Assembly: GCA_946965045.2 (NCBI GenBank)
Contig: OX337228.1
Location: 3,968,001-4,032,000, forward strand
Length of the DNA stretch: 64,000 nucleotides
Direction of reading: 5' to 3'
Source of the DNA: Epithemia pelagica
Lineage: Eukaryota > Protista > Bacillariophyta
In this document: positions 22,378-33,834 of the stretch, one piece after another
Numbering within the stretch: position 1 is the first letter of the stretch
Layout: each line of letters begins with the position of its first letter
Translations under genes and position numbers: made by a program
The notes under the pieces: generated by a model
The model's database searches: none
Told to the model about the DNA's origin: nothing
What the model saw: only the letters and a program-made list of their open reading frames with translations

Positions 22378-23026
22378 TGCTCGTGTTCTGTTTTTCAATG
22401 AGGGTCAACGCCTGTGCCTTACAATAATGGCACGCGAAGACAAGTAGGGTGTGGATTGGGAGCGCAGTTTGTTGCGAGAAGAGAAAGGAGAGAAGAGGGC
22501 AAGACGAGGAGCAAGGTGTTCCAACGACAAGACACTACAACGACAAGAAGAAGAGGGAGAAGATGGTTTTCAGTCAGTGAGCGCCGACCCTCATTATGTT
22601 GGATCCCCTTGCGCGACACATTTTGAATATATACATCCATGAAGATATTATTAAGTTGCCGTCCGTCCCTAGCTCCCGGCGCGGCGCGTACCCGGAGTTG
22701 ACCGACGTACGTGACCTTGGCGTCTTTCGTCATTCGTTGTTTTCGCATTTCGGTGGCACCATCTGCTTCCGACTCGTAATTCCGCTCATCAGAATTTTGT
22801 GTGTTGTTGTGCGATTCGTCGGCAGTCATATTTCCATCAACAAGAAGAGAACACAAGAGTCCAGAGACGACCATCGTCTCTCTTGTGGGTATCTTTTTCT
22901 GGAAGAGCATTGCCTGTAAGCGAAAAACAAGAAGTCACCACAATTCTTGCGTCTACGGCAACAGATAGGAAGAGAGCCTTTTCGTTTTGGAACAGACTCA
23001 TTATATAGAAAATACGAATAGATAGA

Positions 23027-24316
23027 ATGACGAGAGCAGGGTCGAGGACCAAGTGCATCGGCAGCTTGTGGATGCTTTTGCTGCTGCTTTTATGTGTGAC
23101 CGAGCATGTATCGGCCTTGACTCCACCCCGAATAAACACACAACAAGGGCGCAAGTCTCCAAAATCAAAATCAACCACAACAACCACCAGCACTTCGAAT
23201 CGACCGGTTGACACGTTCGAACTGGCCACGGCCAGTTCAGGCCAAGAAGCCGTCTTGACAGTCCCAGCCAATTCCAAATTGGTTGCTCCTCCAAAAGATC
23301 TTTCATCTTCCTCATCATCTGCACCTTTGGTGGGCGTTGCGTCGCAGGAATTGCCACTCCTCCAATTGGCGCTGGCCGGAAGTCTGGCCACCTTTGTGGC
23401 CGATCTCGTGTTGCATCCCATGGATTGTATCAAAACCTTGCAACAAAGTGATTTGGGCTTGCATTGGACCATGTTCGAATCAGCTCAGTACCTCTATCAA
23501 CAGAGTGGTCCCATGGGATTCTTTCATGGATTTTGGACCTACGGTCTGGCCGATGCCGTAGCCGGTGCCGTCAAATTTGGAGTGTGGGAAACCTGGAAAA
23601 AACAATCTCCCACTTTTTCCTCCGAAAGCAGTTGTGGTAGTAGTAGTACTCCTTCTCATGATCCCATTTGGTTTGTCATGACAGGTGCCGCCTTGGCGTT
23701 TGTGGCGTCGTCTGTGGTGATTGTACCAGGAGAGTTTCTGAAACAACAATTGCAAATGTCTCATTTTGATGGTCTGTGGCATGCGATTCAAGGGGTCGCT
23801 TTCAATGCCGACGATGGATCGGTCCATTTGCAGCGACTCTTTACAGGCTACAATGGCGTGTTGCTTCGCGATGTTCCCTATACCATTCTCGAACTGGGAT
23901 TGTACGATACCCTCAAACGGTTTTGGGACGAGCGAACCAAATCGTCCCTCGCCAAGACCAGCAGCAGTAATAAGGATGACACCCAAGAGGCGACGGGCGT
24001 GGTCTGGGAGAATTTACTATGTGCGGCTGCCACGGGGGTTGTGGCAGCGGTGGTCACAACTCCCATGGATGTGATCAAGACCAAACTCATGGTGGATGAC
24101 TATGCCTCCTTGGTAGACTGTTTTGTATCGACCGTGCAGACCCATGGCTTGTGGTCCGGTGTTGCGGCACGCGTGTCGTGGATTGTCCCCTTTACCATGT
24201 TGTATTTGCCCACCTACGATGGATTGAAAACATGGATGTGGAATCGACATGTCCAACACTACTTGAATCGTCGCACGGTATCGTTGGATGGTGTAGATGA
24301 TGTGGTCACGTCGTAG
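23027..24316 (+). CDS. Mitochondrial carrier family (SLC25) protein, SAM-carrier-like, with N-terminal signal/transit peptide
   Basis: Three carrier signatures (HPMDCIKTLQQ, VPGEFLKQQLQ, TPMDVIKTKLM) and RDVPYTILELGLYD. Hydrophobic N-terminus LLLLLLCVTEHVSA. Confidence 0.85.
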   Translation: MTRAGSRTKCIGSLWMLLLLLLCVTEHVSALTPPRINTQQGRKSPKSKSTTTTTSTSNRPVDTFELATASSGQEAVLTVPANSKLVAPPKDLSSSSSSAPLVGVASQELPLLQLALAGSLATFVADLVLHPMDCIKTLQQSDLGLHWTMFESAQYLYQQSGPMGFFHGFWTYGLADAVAGAVKFGVWETWKKQSPTFSSESSCGSSSTPSHDPIWFVMTGAALAFVASSVVIVPGEFLKQQLQMSHFDGLWHAIQGVAFNADDGSVHLQRLFTGYNGVLLRDVPYTILELGLYDTLKRFWDERTKSSLAKTSSSNKDDTQEATGVVWENLLCAAATGVVAAVVTTPMDVIKTKLMVDDYASLVDCFVSTVQTHGLWSGVAARVSWIVPFTMLYLPTYDGLKTWMWNRHVQHYLNRRTVSLDGVDDVVTS

Positions 24317-24657
24317 GATCCCCAAGTCGCTAAGTACCTACCTAGGTAGAACTGCTAGAATAATATAAATACAAAGGTACGCTTGCAATGGCCTTTCGTT
24401 GAGAACCGACCGAGCTTCCGTCCATGGTACAAGAGGACTGTAGAGAAGGAGCAGTTCGTCAAAGCCCTAACTTAGAGGAGAGATAGAGGTAGATTAGCAT
24501 GGGTAGTCAAAAGTTGCATTGGAAGCAAGTCTTCCTCGCAACAGCTGCTTTCTCTCTTTACGAGTAGAACGAGGCGCTCTCGTTCTCATTTTGTCGGAGG
24601 AGGATGCAAATTGAAGGTCAAGGAAACTAAACAGAAAACAAGAACAACAAAGACAAC

Positions 24658-25899
24658 ATGAAGTTTGCTCCTGTGGTCTCATTGTGGAGCAGTGTAGTGG
24701 CCTTGGTCAGTACTACGCACAAGGACCATCCTCCTCATTCTCATTCTCGTCACCATGCCGTCACCACCACAACGGCACAACCAACACAAGGACAAGACCA
24801 CCCGCCCATTGTTTCATGGATATCTCCAACGATCGTGAAAGACATTCACAATGCCTGTTCTACATGGGGCGCCTTTGTCTTGACGGATCACGGGATTCCT
24901 GCCTCTCTCTTGACGCATGTCTTGGAAACCAGTCACGCCTTTTTTCAGCTACCACAAGAGAGCAAGGAAAAGTACCATTTGAAAAAGCAGGGGGCCAAAT
25001 GGCGGGGTTACATGCCCTTGGGAGGGGAACGATCCTGTCAAGGTACCGTAATGGACTGGAAAGAGGGATTGTACCTCGGTGATGACCATGCGGAGAATCA
25101 CCCCTTGTTGGGACTGCCCACCTTTGGTTCCAATGTCTATCCGGACGAGGAATTGCCTCTTATGAAACCACTGTTTATCGAATATCACAAACAAATGAAA
25201 CAACTGGGAAATGATGTGATGCAAGTCCTGTCCTTGGGATTGGGATTGTCACGCCATTCTATTCAGGACAAGGTCACTTTGGGCGATCCCATTATTTTGC
25301 CGCGTGTGTTCTACTATCCACCGGTACCAACCAGTGCAGCGACGAAATCAACGACTCCAACACACTACGGGATTGGTCCACATTCCGATTATGGTTTGTG
25401 GACCATGATTGTGACGGATGCACCAGGATTGGAATTTTGTCATCCTACCAATCAAACCTGGCATGGCGTCCCTCATATTCCGAATTCCATTGTCATGAAT
25501 GTGGGCGATGTCTTGGATCGCTTGTCGGGTGGGCATTATATTTCCGCGTATCATCGAGTTCGAACCACACCCAACACAACCCCGCGCATGAGCTTGCCCT
25601 TTTTTTACGATCCTCATTGGCATGCTCGCTTGCAACCCCTCCTCGGGACCACCACCCAACAACAACCGGTCCCGTCGATTGTTCACGAACGATGGTCCCG
25701 TACCAAACTCACAGCGCATGGCTTTGATGGGACTGTCGAATATTCCGAATTTCTCTCCAAAAAAGTGGCCAAAGTCTTTCCTTCTCTCATCCCACCGAGT
25801 ACCTGGAGAAATTTACGGAGCACGACCTTGCCCTCTACCCGTCATGCCGTCGTAGTAGATACTACTACTACTACACCAACACCACCTGAACGGGAATGA
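24658..25899 (+). CDS. 2-oxoglutarate/Fe(II) dioxygenase (isopenicillin N synthase-like, DIOX_N)
   Basis: IHNACSTWGAFVLTDHGIP, HSDYGLWT (HxD), NVGDVLDRLSGGHYISAYHRV and RMSLPFF (RxS) motifs. Confidence 0.88.
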   Translation: MKFAPVVSLWSSVVALVSTTHKDHPPHSHSRHHAVTTTTAQPTQGQDHPPIVSWISPTIVKDIHNACSTWGAFVLTDHGIPASLLTHVLETSHAFFQLPQESKEKYHLKKQGAKWRGYMPLGGERSCQGTVMDWKEGLYLGDDHAENHPLLGLPTFGSNVYPDEELPLMKPLFIEYHKQMKQLGNDVMQVLSLGLGLSRHSIQDKVTLGDPIILPRVFYYPPVPTSAATKSTTPTHYGIGPHSDYGLWTMIVTDAPGLEFCHPTNQTWHGVPHIPNSIVMNVGDVLDRLSGGHYISAYHRVRTTPNTTPRMSLPFFYDPHWHARLQPLLGTTTQQQPVPSIVHERWSRTKLTAHGFDGTVEYSEFLSKKVAKVFPSLIPPSTWRNLRSTTLPSTRHAVVVDTTTTTPTPPERE

Positions 25900-26423
25900 A
25901 CATGACTTGGGACGTGGGTCTCGAGTTCTCGGTTTCACAGTATTGGACAATCCCTGATCCTCGTGTGACTTTTTCTCCAAGAGTGGTGAAACTCAAAAGA
26001 CGGGATCCAGTCTACCAACTATGATAATGTGTACCACGTCCACGGAAATCGACTGGTTGCGCATGGAACAAGAAATCGTTCGCACAGGCACATAAACGAG
26101 TTGCTTACCTCTAGAATAGACATGCAATGACAATCGACGTTCATCAAATACTCCTAGGTCCAAAAGAATAGGAGTACTAGATAGGGAGGAGTAGCTAGAG
26201 GTGGCATGAGGTAGATTTCGATGGGATGCAGACGCACTTCGAAGTTGAGTTGCCATCCCCACAAAATCTTTTTGTTCCACATTCCACTCCGCAGATTTGG
26301 TTGACGACAACACACCGTTGTTGTTCTTCTTCTTGAGTGTTCCCTTTCTTGGATCGGCATCGAAGGTCCTGCAATCGACAGTATCCACCAGAACCACAAG
26401 AGAGAACCTCAAACACAATCCTC

Positions 26424-28228
26424 ATGATGATGCAACAGAAGAATCTGTCGTTTGTGTACCTTTTGATTGTGGCTGCCTGCCATCACAATGTCGTCGCCGC
26501 ATTTGTCGCGGGTCCTTCTACCACGACGCCATGGGCACGATCATCGTCGTCGTCGTCGTCGTCGTTGCAGGCTCAAGAAGTCGATTGTTTGGTAGTTGGA
26601 TCTGGTGTGAGTGGATCGACCTTGGCATTCAATCTCGTCAAAAATCAAAAGATTGACAATATTCTCATGGTCGAACGCAATGAACAAGTTGGAGGCAATT
26701 TAATCTCTAAGGAAAATGAAGGTAAGTCTTGAGATCTGCTATTATTTTGTATAACTAATGTGGAGTTGAAAAACAATGTTCTCAACAAACCGTCCTCTTG
26801 TCATGATACTTGTGTACAGATGGGTTTGTCTGGGAAGAAGGACCCAACAGTTTTCAACCAACACCCTACATTTGCCGCATTACACATGAACTAGGTTTGA
26901 CCGACGACTTGGTCTTGGCCGATGGTAGTCTGCCTCGATTTGTCTATTGGCAAGGCGAAGGAGCAGGAGAAAAGCTCGCCAACTTGCATGCTCTTCCCAC
27001 CAATTTGCCCGGAGATTTGTTGGATTTCAATCTCTTGACCTGGCCCGCCAAGATTCGGGCCGCCTTTGGTGCCTTGGGCTTTATTGAGTCACCTCCCACG
27101 GACCGCGAAGAAACCATTCGCGAATTTGTGACGCGACATTTGGGCGCCGAAACCTTTGAACGAGTCATTGATCCCTTTGTCAGTGGCGTGTATGCTGGCG
27201 ATCCCGACAAATTGGCCATGCGATCGGCCTTGAAAAAAATTCATCGCCTCGAGGGCATGGGAGAACTTGGTCCCGGACTCGTGTCGGGAGCCCTCGTGCG
27301 GTTTGGTGAAATTGCCCAAGAAAAGAAAGATAATCCACCCCATGAGGCCTGGCCTACCTACAAGGCGGGTGAGTTGGGCTCGTTCCGAAAAGGATTGCAA
27401 ACCTTGGCCAAGGCCGTCCAAAAAGAATTGGGAGACGACCGAGTCTGGACCAACGCTCCGGTGGAAAAAGTCGAACAAATGAAAGATGGACGATTCAAAG
27501 TCATTGTCATGCGCAATAATAAAAAGAAAACAGAAGTGATTGCCAAATCTGTCTGTGTGACCAGTCCCACTCGTGTCACGTGCGAACTGGCCGGGGACCT
27601 GATTCCCGCGGCCAAAGATCTCTCCAAGGTCTATTCGCCACCGGTAGCGTCCGTGACCATGGCCTACAAGAAGGAATGGTTCAAAGAGCTTCCAGGAGGA
27701 ACAAAGGATAACCCATTGCGTGGATTTGGACATTTGTTGCCCCGCAAAATGGGAATCCGGAGTCTTGGCACCATTTGGTCCTCCTCGCTCTTTCCCGGAC
27801 GAGCACCCGAGGGTTGGGATCTGCTCTTGACCTACATTGGCGGTGCGCGTGATCCAACCATTAAGGATATGACGGAGGAGGAAATTTACAAGCAAGTCGA
27901 TGCCGACAATCACCGCATTTTACTCAAGGATGATGCACCTGAGGGTGTCCAACTGGGGTGCCGTGTCTGGCAAACGGCCATTCCACAATACCAAAAGGGT
28001 CACTTTGATCTTTTGCAACGCTTGGCAGAGGACGAAGCCAAGGTACCAGGGTTCTACTTGGGTGGAAACTACCGAACTGGTGTCGCCTTTGGAGACTGTG
28101 TACAATTTGGGTGGGACGAAGCGGCCAAGGTCTCCAAATACTTGGATTCTATTGCGGCACCATCGGACGAAACCAAGACGGAATCCAAAAAAGAAGAAGA
28201 ACCAGCTACAGCTGCTGTCGATGCGTAG
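26424..28228 (+). CDS. PPOX: Protoporphyrinogen oxidase (HemY-type), plastid-targeted
   Basis: Exons 26424-26721 and 26820-28228; intron 26722-26819 (GTAAGT...CAG). VVGSGVSG FAD-binding motif, WEEGPNSFQP, SGVYAGDP, LGTIWSSSLFPGRAP and AIPQY. Presequence ...VVAA-F. Confidence 0.95.
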
Positions 28229-28313
28229 AGACACTTTTTATATTTCTTGTTGCTCTAGAGATGACTTTATTCAAGGGAAATGGTAGGTACAAACAACAGG
28301 TTTGAACAATATA

Positions 28314-29396
28314 TTACATGCTGTAGTCACCTCGCAAGGTTCTTGCTCTCAACTCTGGGTCCAGTTTCCAGGCATTGGGTTCTACGCCGTTGCGTTCGTA
28401 GATGAATCGCTCTATTCTTCGAAAGAACCCCAAGTCGTCAAGTGGTTTGCTACAAATACCCGAAATGATACAATAGTTGCCTTCAAAGGGAGCAAAGTGG
28501 TGGAGTGCATGAGGCTTTCGTCCCACGGTCAAGCCAGTCTTTTGCAACCAATTCACCCATGAAGGTGTTTCTCGAGGCAGTTGATGAGACCATTTGTGGA
28601 ACTCTTGCGATAGAATCTCAAAAATGCAAAAGGTGGCAAAGAACCAACTGGCGAATCCGGGACCACCGGCCAAGAACTGAATCACAGCCATGGTGGGGAC
28701 ACCAAATGGGATACAGAGTTTATGTACATTGTTGCAAAAGGCGCGCTCTGTAATGGTCCAGGGAGCCGAATGGTGTCCTTGAAAGGCGGCAATGATGGAA
28801 CCCATGATGGGTGTTTTGCCATTACCATAATTGTCCACACTCCAATGAAGAACACCCGATCCAAAGTCGGCCAAGACCCACGACAGAAATGTCAGCGCAA
28901 AAGCCTGACATGTGGCCACGGCAATATTGCCACCCGCGAGGGCCAACATGGTCCCAAATGCCTGCGATAGGAACCAGGCATGTCCCGCAAAGGTGAGGGC
29001 TACCATGGCTTGTTGGTATGGCTTGGTCTCGGTGGAGTCTCCTTCGACGACAATCTGACTGGTTCGGCCTTGTGGTCGTTCCAAGCCCGATCCCTGCAGT
29101 CCAAATACAAAGCCGTCGTCTTTCCACGATGGTTTGTCTGAATCTGGAATGTTTGCCTCGCTCTCCGATACAGTGGAATCTTGTTGTTGCTGCTCTTGTC
29201 CAAGTTCCATCAGTATAGATTCGGATGGTGACGACAGTACATGAAGCGAGGATAACCTTCGATTGACGACCATGACAGACATGGGAAAAGCCGTGATAGG
29301 CGTAGATGTAAACGCGTTGGCACAAAGATTCGCCGCGCTCAAACAGAGCGCAATGGCGATGAAACTAGAGGGTGAAACCATGGATCGAACCTTCAT
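28314..29396 (-). CDS. FAD4: FAD4/Kua (TMEM189-type) lipid desaturase, plastid-targeted; likely phosphatidylglycerol trans-Delta3 desaturase
   Basis: His boxes ADFGSGVLHWSVDNYG, FQGHH, QEFHKWSH and HALHH, plus YCIISG. Presequence from ATG 29396 ending in ANA-F. Confidence 0.85.
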   Translation of the reverse strand: MKVRSMVSPSSFIAIALCLSAANLCANAFTSTPITAFPMSVMVVNRRLSSLHVLSSPSESILMELGQEQQQQDSTVSESEANIPDSDKPSWKDDGFVFGLQGSGLERPQGRTSQIVVEGDSTETKPYQQAMVALTFAGHAWFLSQAFGTMLALAGGNIAVATCQAFALTFLSWVLADFGSGVLHWSVDNYGNGKTPIMGSIIAAFQGHHSAPWTITERAFCNNVHKLCIPFGVPTMAVIQFLAGGPGFASWFFATFCIFEILSQEFHKWSHQLPRETPSWVNWLQKTGLTVGRKPHALHHFAPFEGNYCIISGICSKPLDDLGFFRRIERFIYERNGVEPNAWKLDPELRARTLRGDYSM

Positions 29397-30207
29397 TCTT
29401 TGCTTGTCGGTTGTGGCTGGTCGAGCAGATGCCTTTCTGGTTCCAAAGTGGTCGTAAGTTTTTATGATACCTTCTTCACTTTCTCCTTGGTTGAGCCATT
29501 GCCATGACATCCATTCCATGACGGCGTAAACACGTCACTTTTCCCGCATCTGATGGAGATACTGCAGTGTTTCACTTCCGAATGATCGTGAGATTCTGAG
29601 TCACCTAAAAACGCTTTGTTGTGTCATGATTCCCATTATTCGTGATTCTCATGATTCAATCGGCATTCCAATATGCGACTCAAAACCGACAGGTTGGTGG
29701 TCGCGGAAGTAGGCCCAACTTCCCTCGCACTTTGTCCCGTGACTGATTCTGGGGGCCAGGGCTTAAATATTCGTGAATCTGAGTTGTCCGTTAGTTGAGA
29801 CAGCGCGTCATCGCCACGGTGGACAATACGGGGTTAAATCCAAAATTGCTTTTTCGTGTTGTCAGCGACCAACAGATGGAATGAGAATGTCGTATCAGGT
29901 TTTGATTGGCAAAGAATGATGGTCTTTCCAAAATCGAAGTACCACGACATGTTCGACTCTGTTCCCCACTTTTTTGCGGGTCGAACCTGGCGCGGAGCCT
30001 CCTGGTTTTTGGCTAGCCAAAGACGTACTTCAAGAGAGCGATGGATTTCATGGTTGATTTGTCATTTCTCACAACCAAACCTTCATTAGTGCATTGGTAT
30101 TTGCATTGAAACTAAACGGTTCACGAGCTCGTTTTCCCTTTCATTGCTCTGCGACCACTCAAAATTGCCAGTCGGATCTAACGAGAAAAGAAAGTCTGAA
30201 GAGAATC

Positions 30208-31704
30208 ATGTTGTCGGATCGATGGATGTGGTTTGGCCTGTTTGCCTTGGCGGCAGCAGCACAGGTGCAAGGTTTTCAGCTTCCGGTTGCATCCCAAGGA
30301 ATGTCTCGGACCACAGTTTCCTTGGAAGCCTCGTCTTCGGCCATTACACCGGCTGCTCCTCCTTTGCGCCGAAATCCTCCAAGGAAGATATGTTTAATGG
30401 TGGAGCCAACGCCCTTTACGCATGTATCGGGCTATGCCAATCGATTCAAAGAAATGCTCAAATACTTCAAAAAGGCAGGAGACGATGTGGATATCCTTAC
30501 CGTGGATGTCAAAACACCTGCATCCGAACTTCCGAAAGATTACTTGGGATATCCAGTGCGACATACACAAGGCTTTACTTTTCCTCTCTACAATGAAATC
30601 TCTTTGACGGTCGACTTACCGGAAATGGTGGGAGCACGAATTTTGGAAAAGTTTCGCCCGGATCTTATTCATGTAACAAGTCCTGGATTTTTGCTCTTTT
30701 CGGCCATCTTCTATGCACGTGTCATGTGTGTGCCCTTGGTGATCTCCTACCATACCCATTTGCCCGTCTATGCCTCCAATTACATGGGCTTTGTCCCTGG
30801 TGCTACCAAAATTGCCTGGGGTCTCCTTCGTTGGGTTCATAGCCGTGCCGATCTCACTTTGGTCACAAGCCCTCAAATGCAACAAGAATTAAAAGACAAT
30901 GGCATTCCTCGCGTTGAGGTTTGGAGAAAGGGTATTGATACCGAACGATTCAATCCAAGCTTTCGCAGTGATGAGATGCGAGAAAAAATGACGGATGGAA
31001 ACCCGGATGACTTTTTGATGGTGTACGTAGGACGATTGGGCGCGGAAAAACGTCTCAAAGATATCAAGGCAATGTTGGATAATATGCCGTCCAATACTCG
31101 TCTGTGTATTGTGGGGAAAGGACCACAGGCGGAGGAACTAAAAGATTTCTTCAAAGGAACCAAGACGGTGTTCACCGGACAGCTCAGCGGAGACGAGCTT
31201 TCGCAAGCCTTTGCTTCGGCCGATGCCTTTGTCATGCCAAGCGATAGTGAAACACTTGGATTTGTGGTCCTGGAATCCATGGCATCGGGTGTTCCAGTGA
31301 TTGGTGCCGCAGCTGGAGGTATCCCTGACTTGATTGATGATTGCAAGACAGGCTTTTTGGTACCACCCGGAGATACCAAGGGATTCGTGGAGCGGTTGGA
31401 GCAATTACGAGATGTATCCTTTCGCACTAAAATGGGTAACACGGCTCGCAAAGAGGCTGAGCGATGGAGTTGGGAATCCGCCACATCCGAACTGCGCAAC
31501 GTACAATATGAAAAGGCCTTGATCAACCACCATTCCAGGGCGTTTGGAGGATTTGGTAGACCAGGAACCGCCGGTATGTGGCGGTTGTTGGGGTGGCGTA
31601 TTAGCCGCGTACTTCAAAAGGTGGGCTTTACCATCAAAACACGAAGTGGTTTCAATGCACTATGGAAACGATTCTTCAAGAGCCGTCCTTCGGTAGCAAT
31701 GTAA
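30208..31704 (+). CDS. SQD2: Sulfoquinovosyldiacylglycerol synthase (GT4 sulfoquinovosyltransferase)
   Basis: VEPTPFTHVSGYANRF, SYHTHLPVY, WRKGIDTERF, YVGRLGAEK and FVMPSDSETLGFVVLESMASGVPV motifs. Presequence ...VQG-F. Confidence 0.92.
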   Translation: MLSDRWMWFGLFALAAAAQVQGFQLPVASQGMSRTTVSLEASSSAITPAAPPLRRNPPRKICLMVEPTPFTHVSGYANRFKEMLKYFKKAGDDVDILTVDVKTPASELPKDYLGYPVRHTQGFTFPLYNEISLTVDLPEMVGARILEKFRPDLIHVTSPGFLLFSAIFYARVMCVPLVISYHTHLPVYASNYMGFVPGATKIAWGLLRWVHSRADLTLVTSPQMQQELKDNGIPRVEVWRKGIDTERFNPSFRSDEMREKMTDGNPDDFLMVYVGRLGAEKRLKDIKAMLDNMPSNTRLCIVGKGPQAEELKDFFKGTKTVFTGQLSGDELSQAFASADAFVMPSDSETLGFVVLESMASGVPVIGAAAGGIPDLIDDCKTGFLVPPGDTKGFVERLEQLRDVSFRTKMGNTARKEAERWSWESATSELRNVQYEKALINHHSRAFGGFGRPGTAGMWRLLGWRISRVLQKVGFTIKTRSGFNALWKRFFKSRPSVAM

Positions 31705-31888
31705 ATCCGGTCCTATAAAGGGAGATTGAGGAGGTGGATTCTGTGTAAAAAGGTTGTTGGTTGATTGGATCAGTCGATCCAACTCAAAGTGTGAAAAGTT
31801 CTTACCCTACTATACTAGATGTTGTTTGTTCTATGACAATCGTTTCGCTTACATAGCTGCCCATAGGAAGCCCCCGTGGAGAATGAGA

Positions 31889-33834
31889 CTACGATCGTAT
31901 CAAAAGAGGATTTTCGATCAAAAAGGAATACGAGCAGTCCATGTCGTCGCTTAGTTCGATCAGAGCCTCGACCCATTGTTCTCGCGTAGCATTTTTGTTA
32001 CGCCGTAATCGCACCAATCCAGCCCGATTCATGCGCAACACAATGTCCAGATCACGCTGCCCACGTTCGATACCATCAATTTCATAGACTTGTTTGCCTA
32101 CGGTCACAGAAATGAGAGTATCGTTCGCGGCCAGGGCCCCCTTCCAAAGGGCATAGTATCCATGCGCCGAAATGGGATTCATTTCCAGCATGAGAACCTT
32201 CAAGGATGTTTGATATTTGGCCAGGGCCTGACACATGTAAATACAGCAATTGTCTCCAATGTTGTTGCGCAACAATCCAATGCCGTCAATGTTGCTAACG
32301 CGAAACAAAATGGCCAATAAAGGACCATGGGAATCGTCCACACCGGTATTTGCCAAGTTGATGAAACTCATTTCTGTGTTATAGCGCAAACTCGAACAAA
32401 GCATTCCTAGAAAGCCCTGTTTGTAGGCTGGTGTATCCTTGAACGAGTCGTAAATTCTCCGAGTCACATCACTGGTTGGACCATCACCAGCGTCTGGGTC
32501 CAAGAGTGGGTTATTGCATATATTGATCTTGGACAATGTGTTGTTGTGCATAAAGCTCCAAGCAAGGGCGCAGCCTCCAATGTGTCCGATGCAATTGTCT
32601 GCCAAGTTTATTCGTTCGAGCCGACAAGCAGGTATTAACTGTTAACAAAATGAAGAGAAACTTTTCATTGAGGCCACCCACAAAAGACCAAGACAAGCAC
32701 TTCAAGGAACCCTTCTTGACTTACCTGTGCCAATTGCAATGCCCCTTCATCTCCCAAGAAGTTGTCGGAAATATCCATACAGGTCATATTTCCCAATGAT
32801 TGAAAATGAAATTGCTCAATGGAATTGAGATTCAGTTCTACTCCTTGTATCGTGGGGTTGCGAAGAATTGCTTTGGTCACGACCGAAACGACCGGTTCGG
32901 ATAGATTCATGTCCCCCATATCCAAGTATTTCAAGGTCCGATTTTCAACCTCGATAGCGCGTGCAATGCTCTCGCCCAGCCCTTGTTCAATGGATCCCGA
33001 ACGCATACGCAACAAGAACAACGAGACATTGCTGGCCAACGCCTGATACACTGCCTCGTCGGTATTGTCGTTGGAAGTGTCTTGGTCCTCACCGCTAACA
33101 GTGTTGTCGTTGTCGTTGCCCGATGATGAAAGCGCGCACCGTTCGAGTTCAATCTTGAGCAATCCAGGACACTGCAGTAGCGCGATAAGGGCTCTGGCCG
33201 ACAAAGGTAAGTGATCCTCCGCAAACTCGTCGTATTTGACACAAACCGAAGTGAGGCTGATATGTGGTTTCACATATTGCAAGAACATGGCTTCGACTCT
33301 TTGACGCCATGCTCGCTCCTCGGCTTCGAAGGTTTCCGAACCCTCGTCACCATGGTCCACCATTAGCTCTTCTTGGAAATTAAGTTTCAAGTCCAGTAAT
33401 GTGAATGGCAGAGCCGAAAGTATTCTTCCGTATCTACTCTTCAAACCAGACACAATCACTGTGCGAATGTGCCCACTCTGAGGTTTCTTACACGAGTCAA
33501 TGAGTGCATGAAGGCGTTGACTAGTGTGATCGATCCAACTTGGGTCCATGTTCTTCAGATCTATATGCCATTCGGATGGGACATGCCCTGCTGCAGAAGC
33601 TCGATCAAATTCTAATAACACCGATGACCACTGATCTTCATGCACCATGCGAAGGAACAATGCATCCACTACGACGGAGGCTGTATGAGGTTTCTTCAAT
33701 AACTCATTGGTCATCGACAACCATTGGGAAAACGGAGAATTGCCTTCTGGAACCAAACCTTGTTCGAACTGCGCGGACCAACAAAGACGGATGGATGTGA
33801 GCACCACATGAGATGGCACAAAAGAGGACGTCAT
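31889..33834 (-). CDS. RNI-like leucine-rich repeat protein
   Basis: Exons 33834-32725 and 32638-31889; intron 32724-32639 (GTAAGT...CAG) joins LAQ|LIP in frame. Repeats such as MDISDNFLGDEGALQLA, INLADNCIGHIG and LLRNNIGDNCC. Confidence 0.8.

Noticed and set aside
22419-22910. 163-aa minus-strand ORF between MAP65 and the carrier gene (also 18374-18559)
   Set aside because: They have non-ATG starts, no recognisable motifs, and lie in divergent promoter regions.
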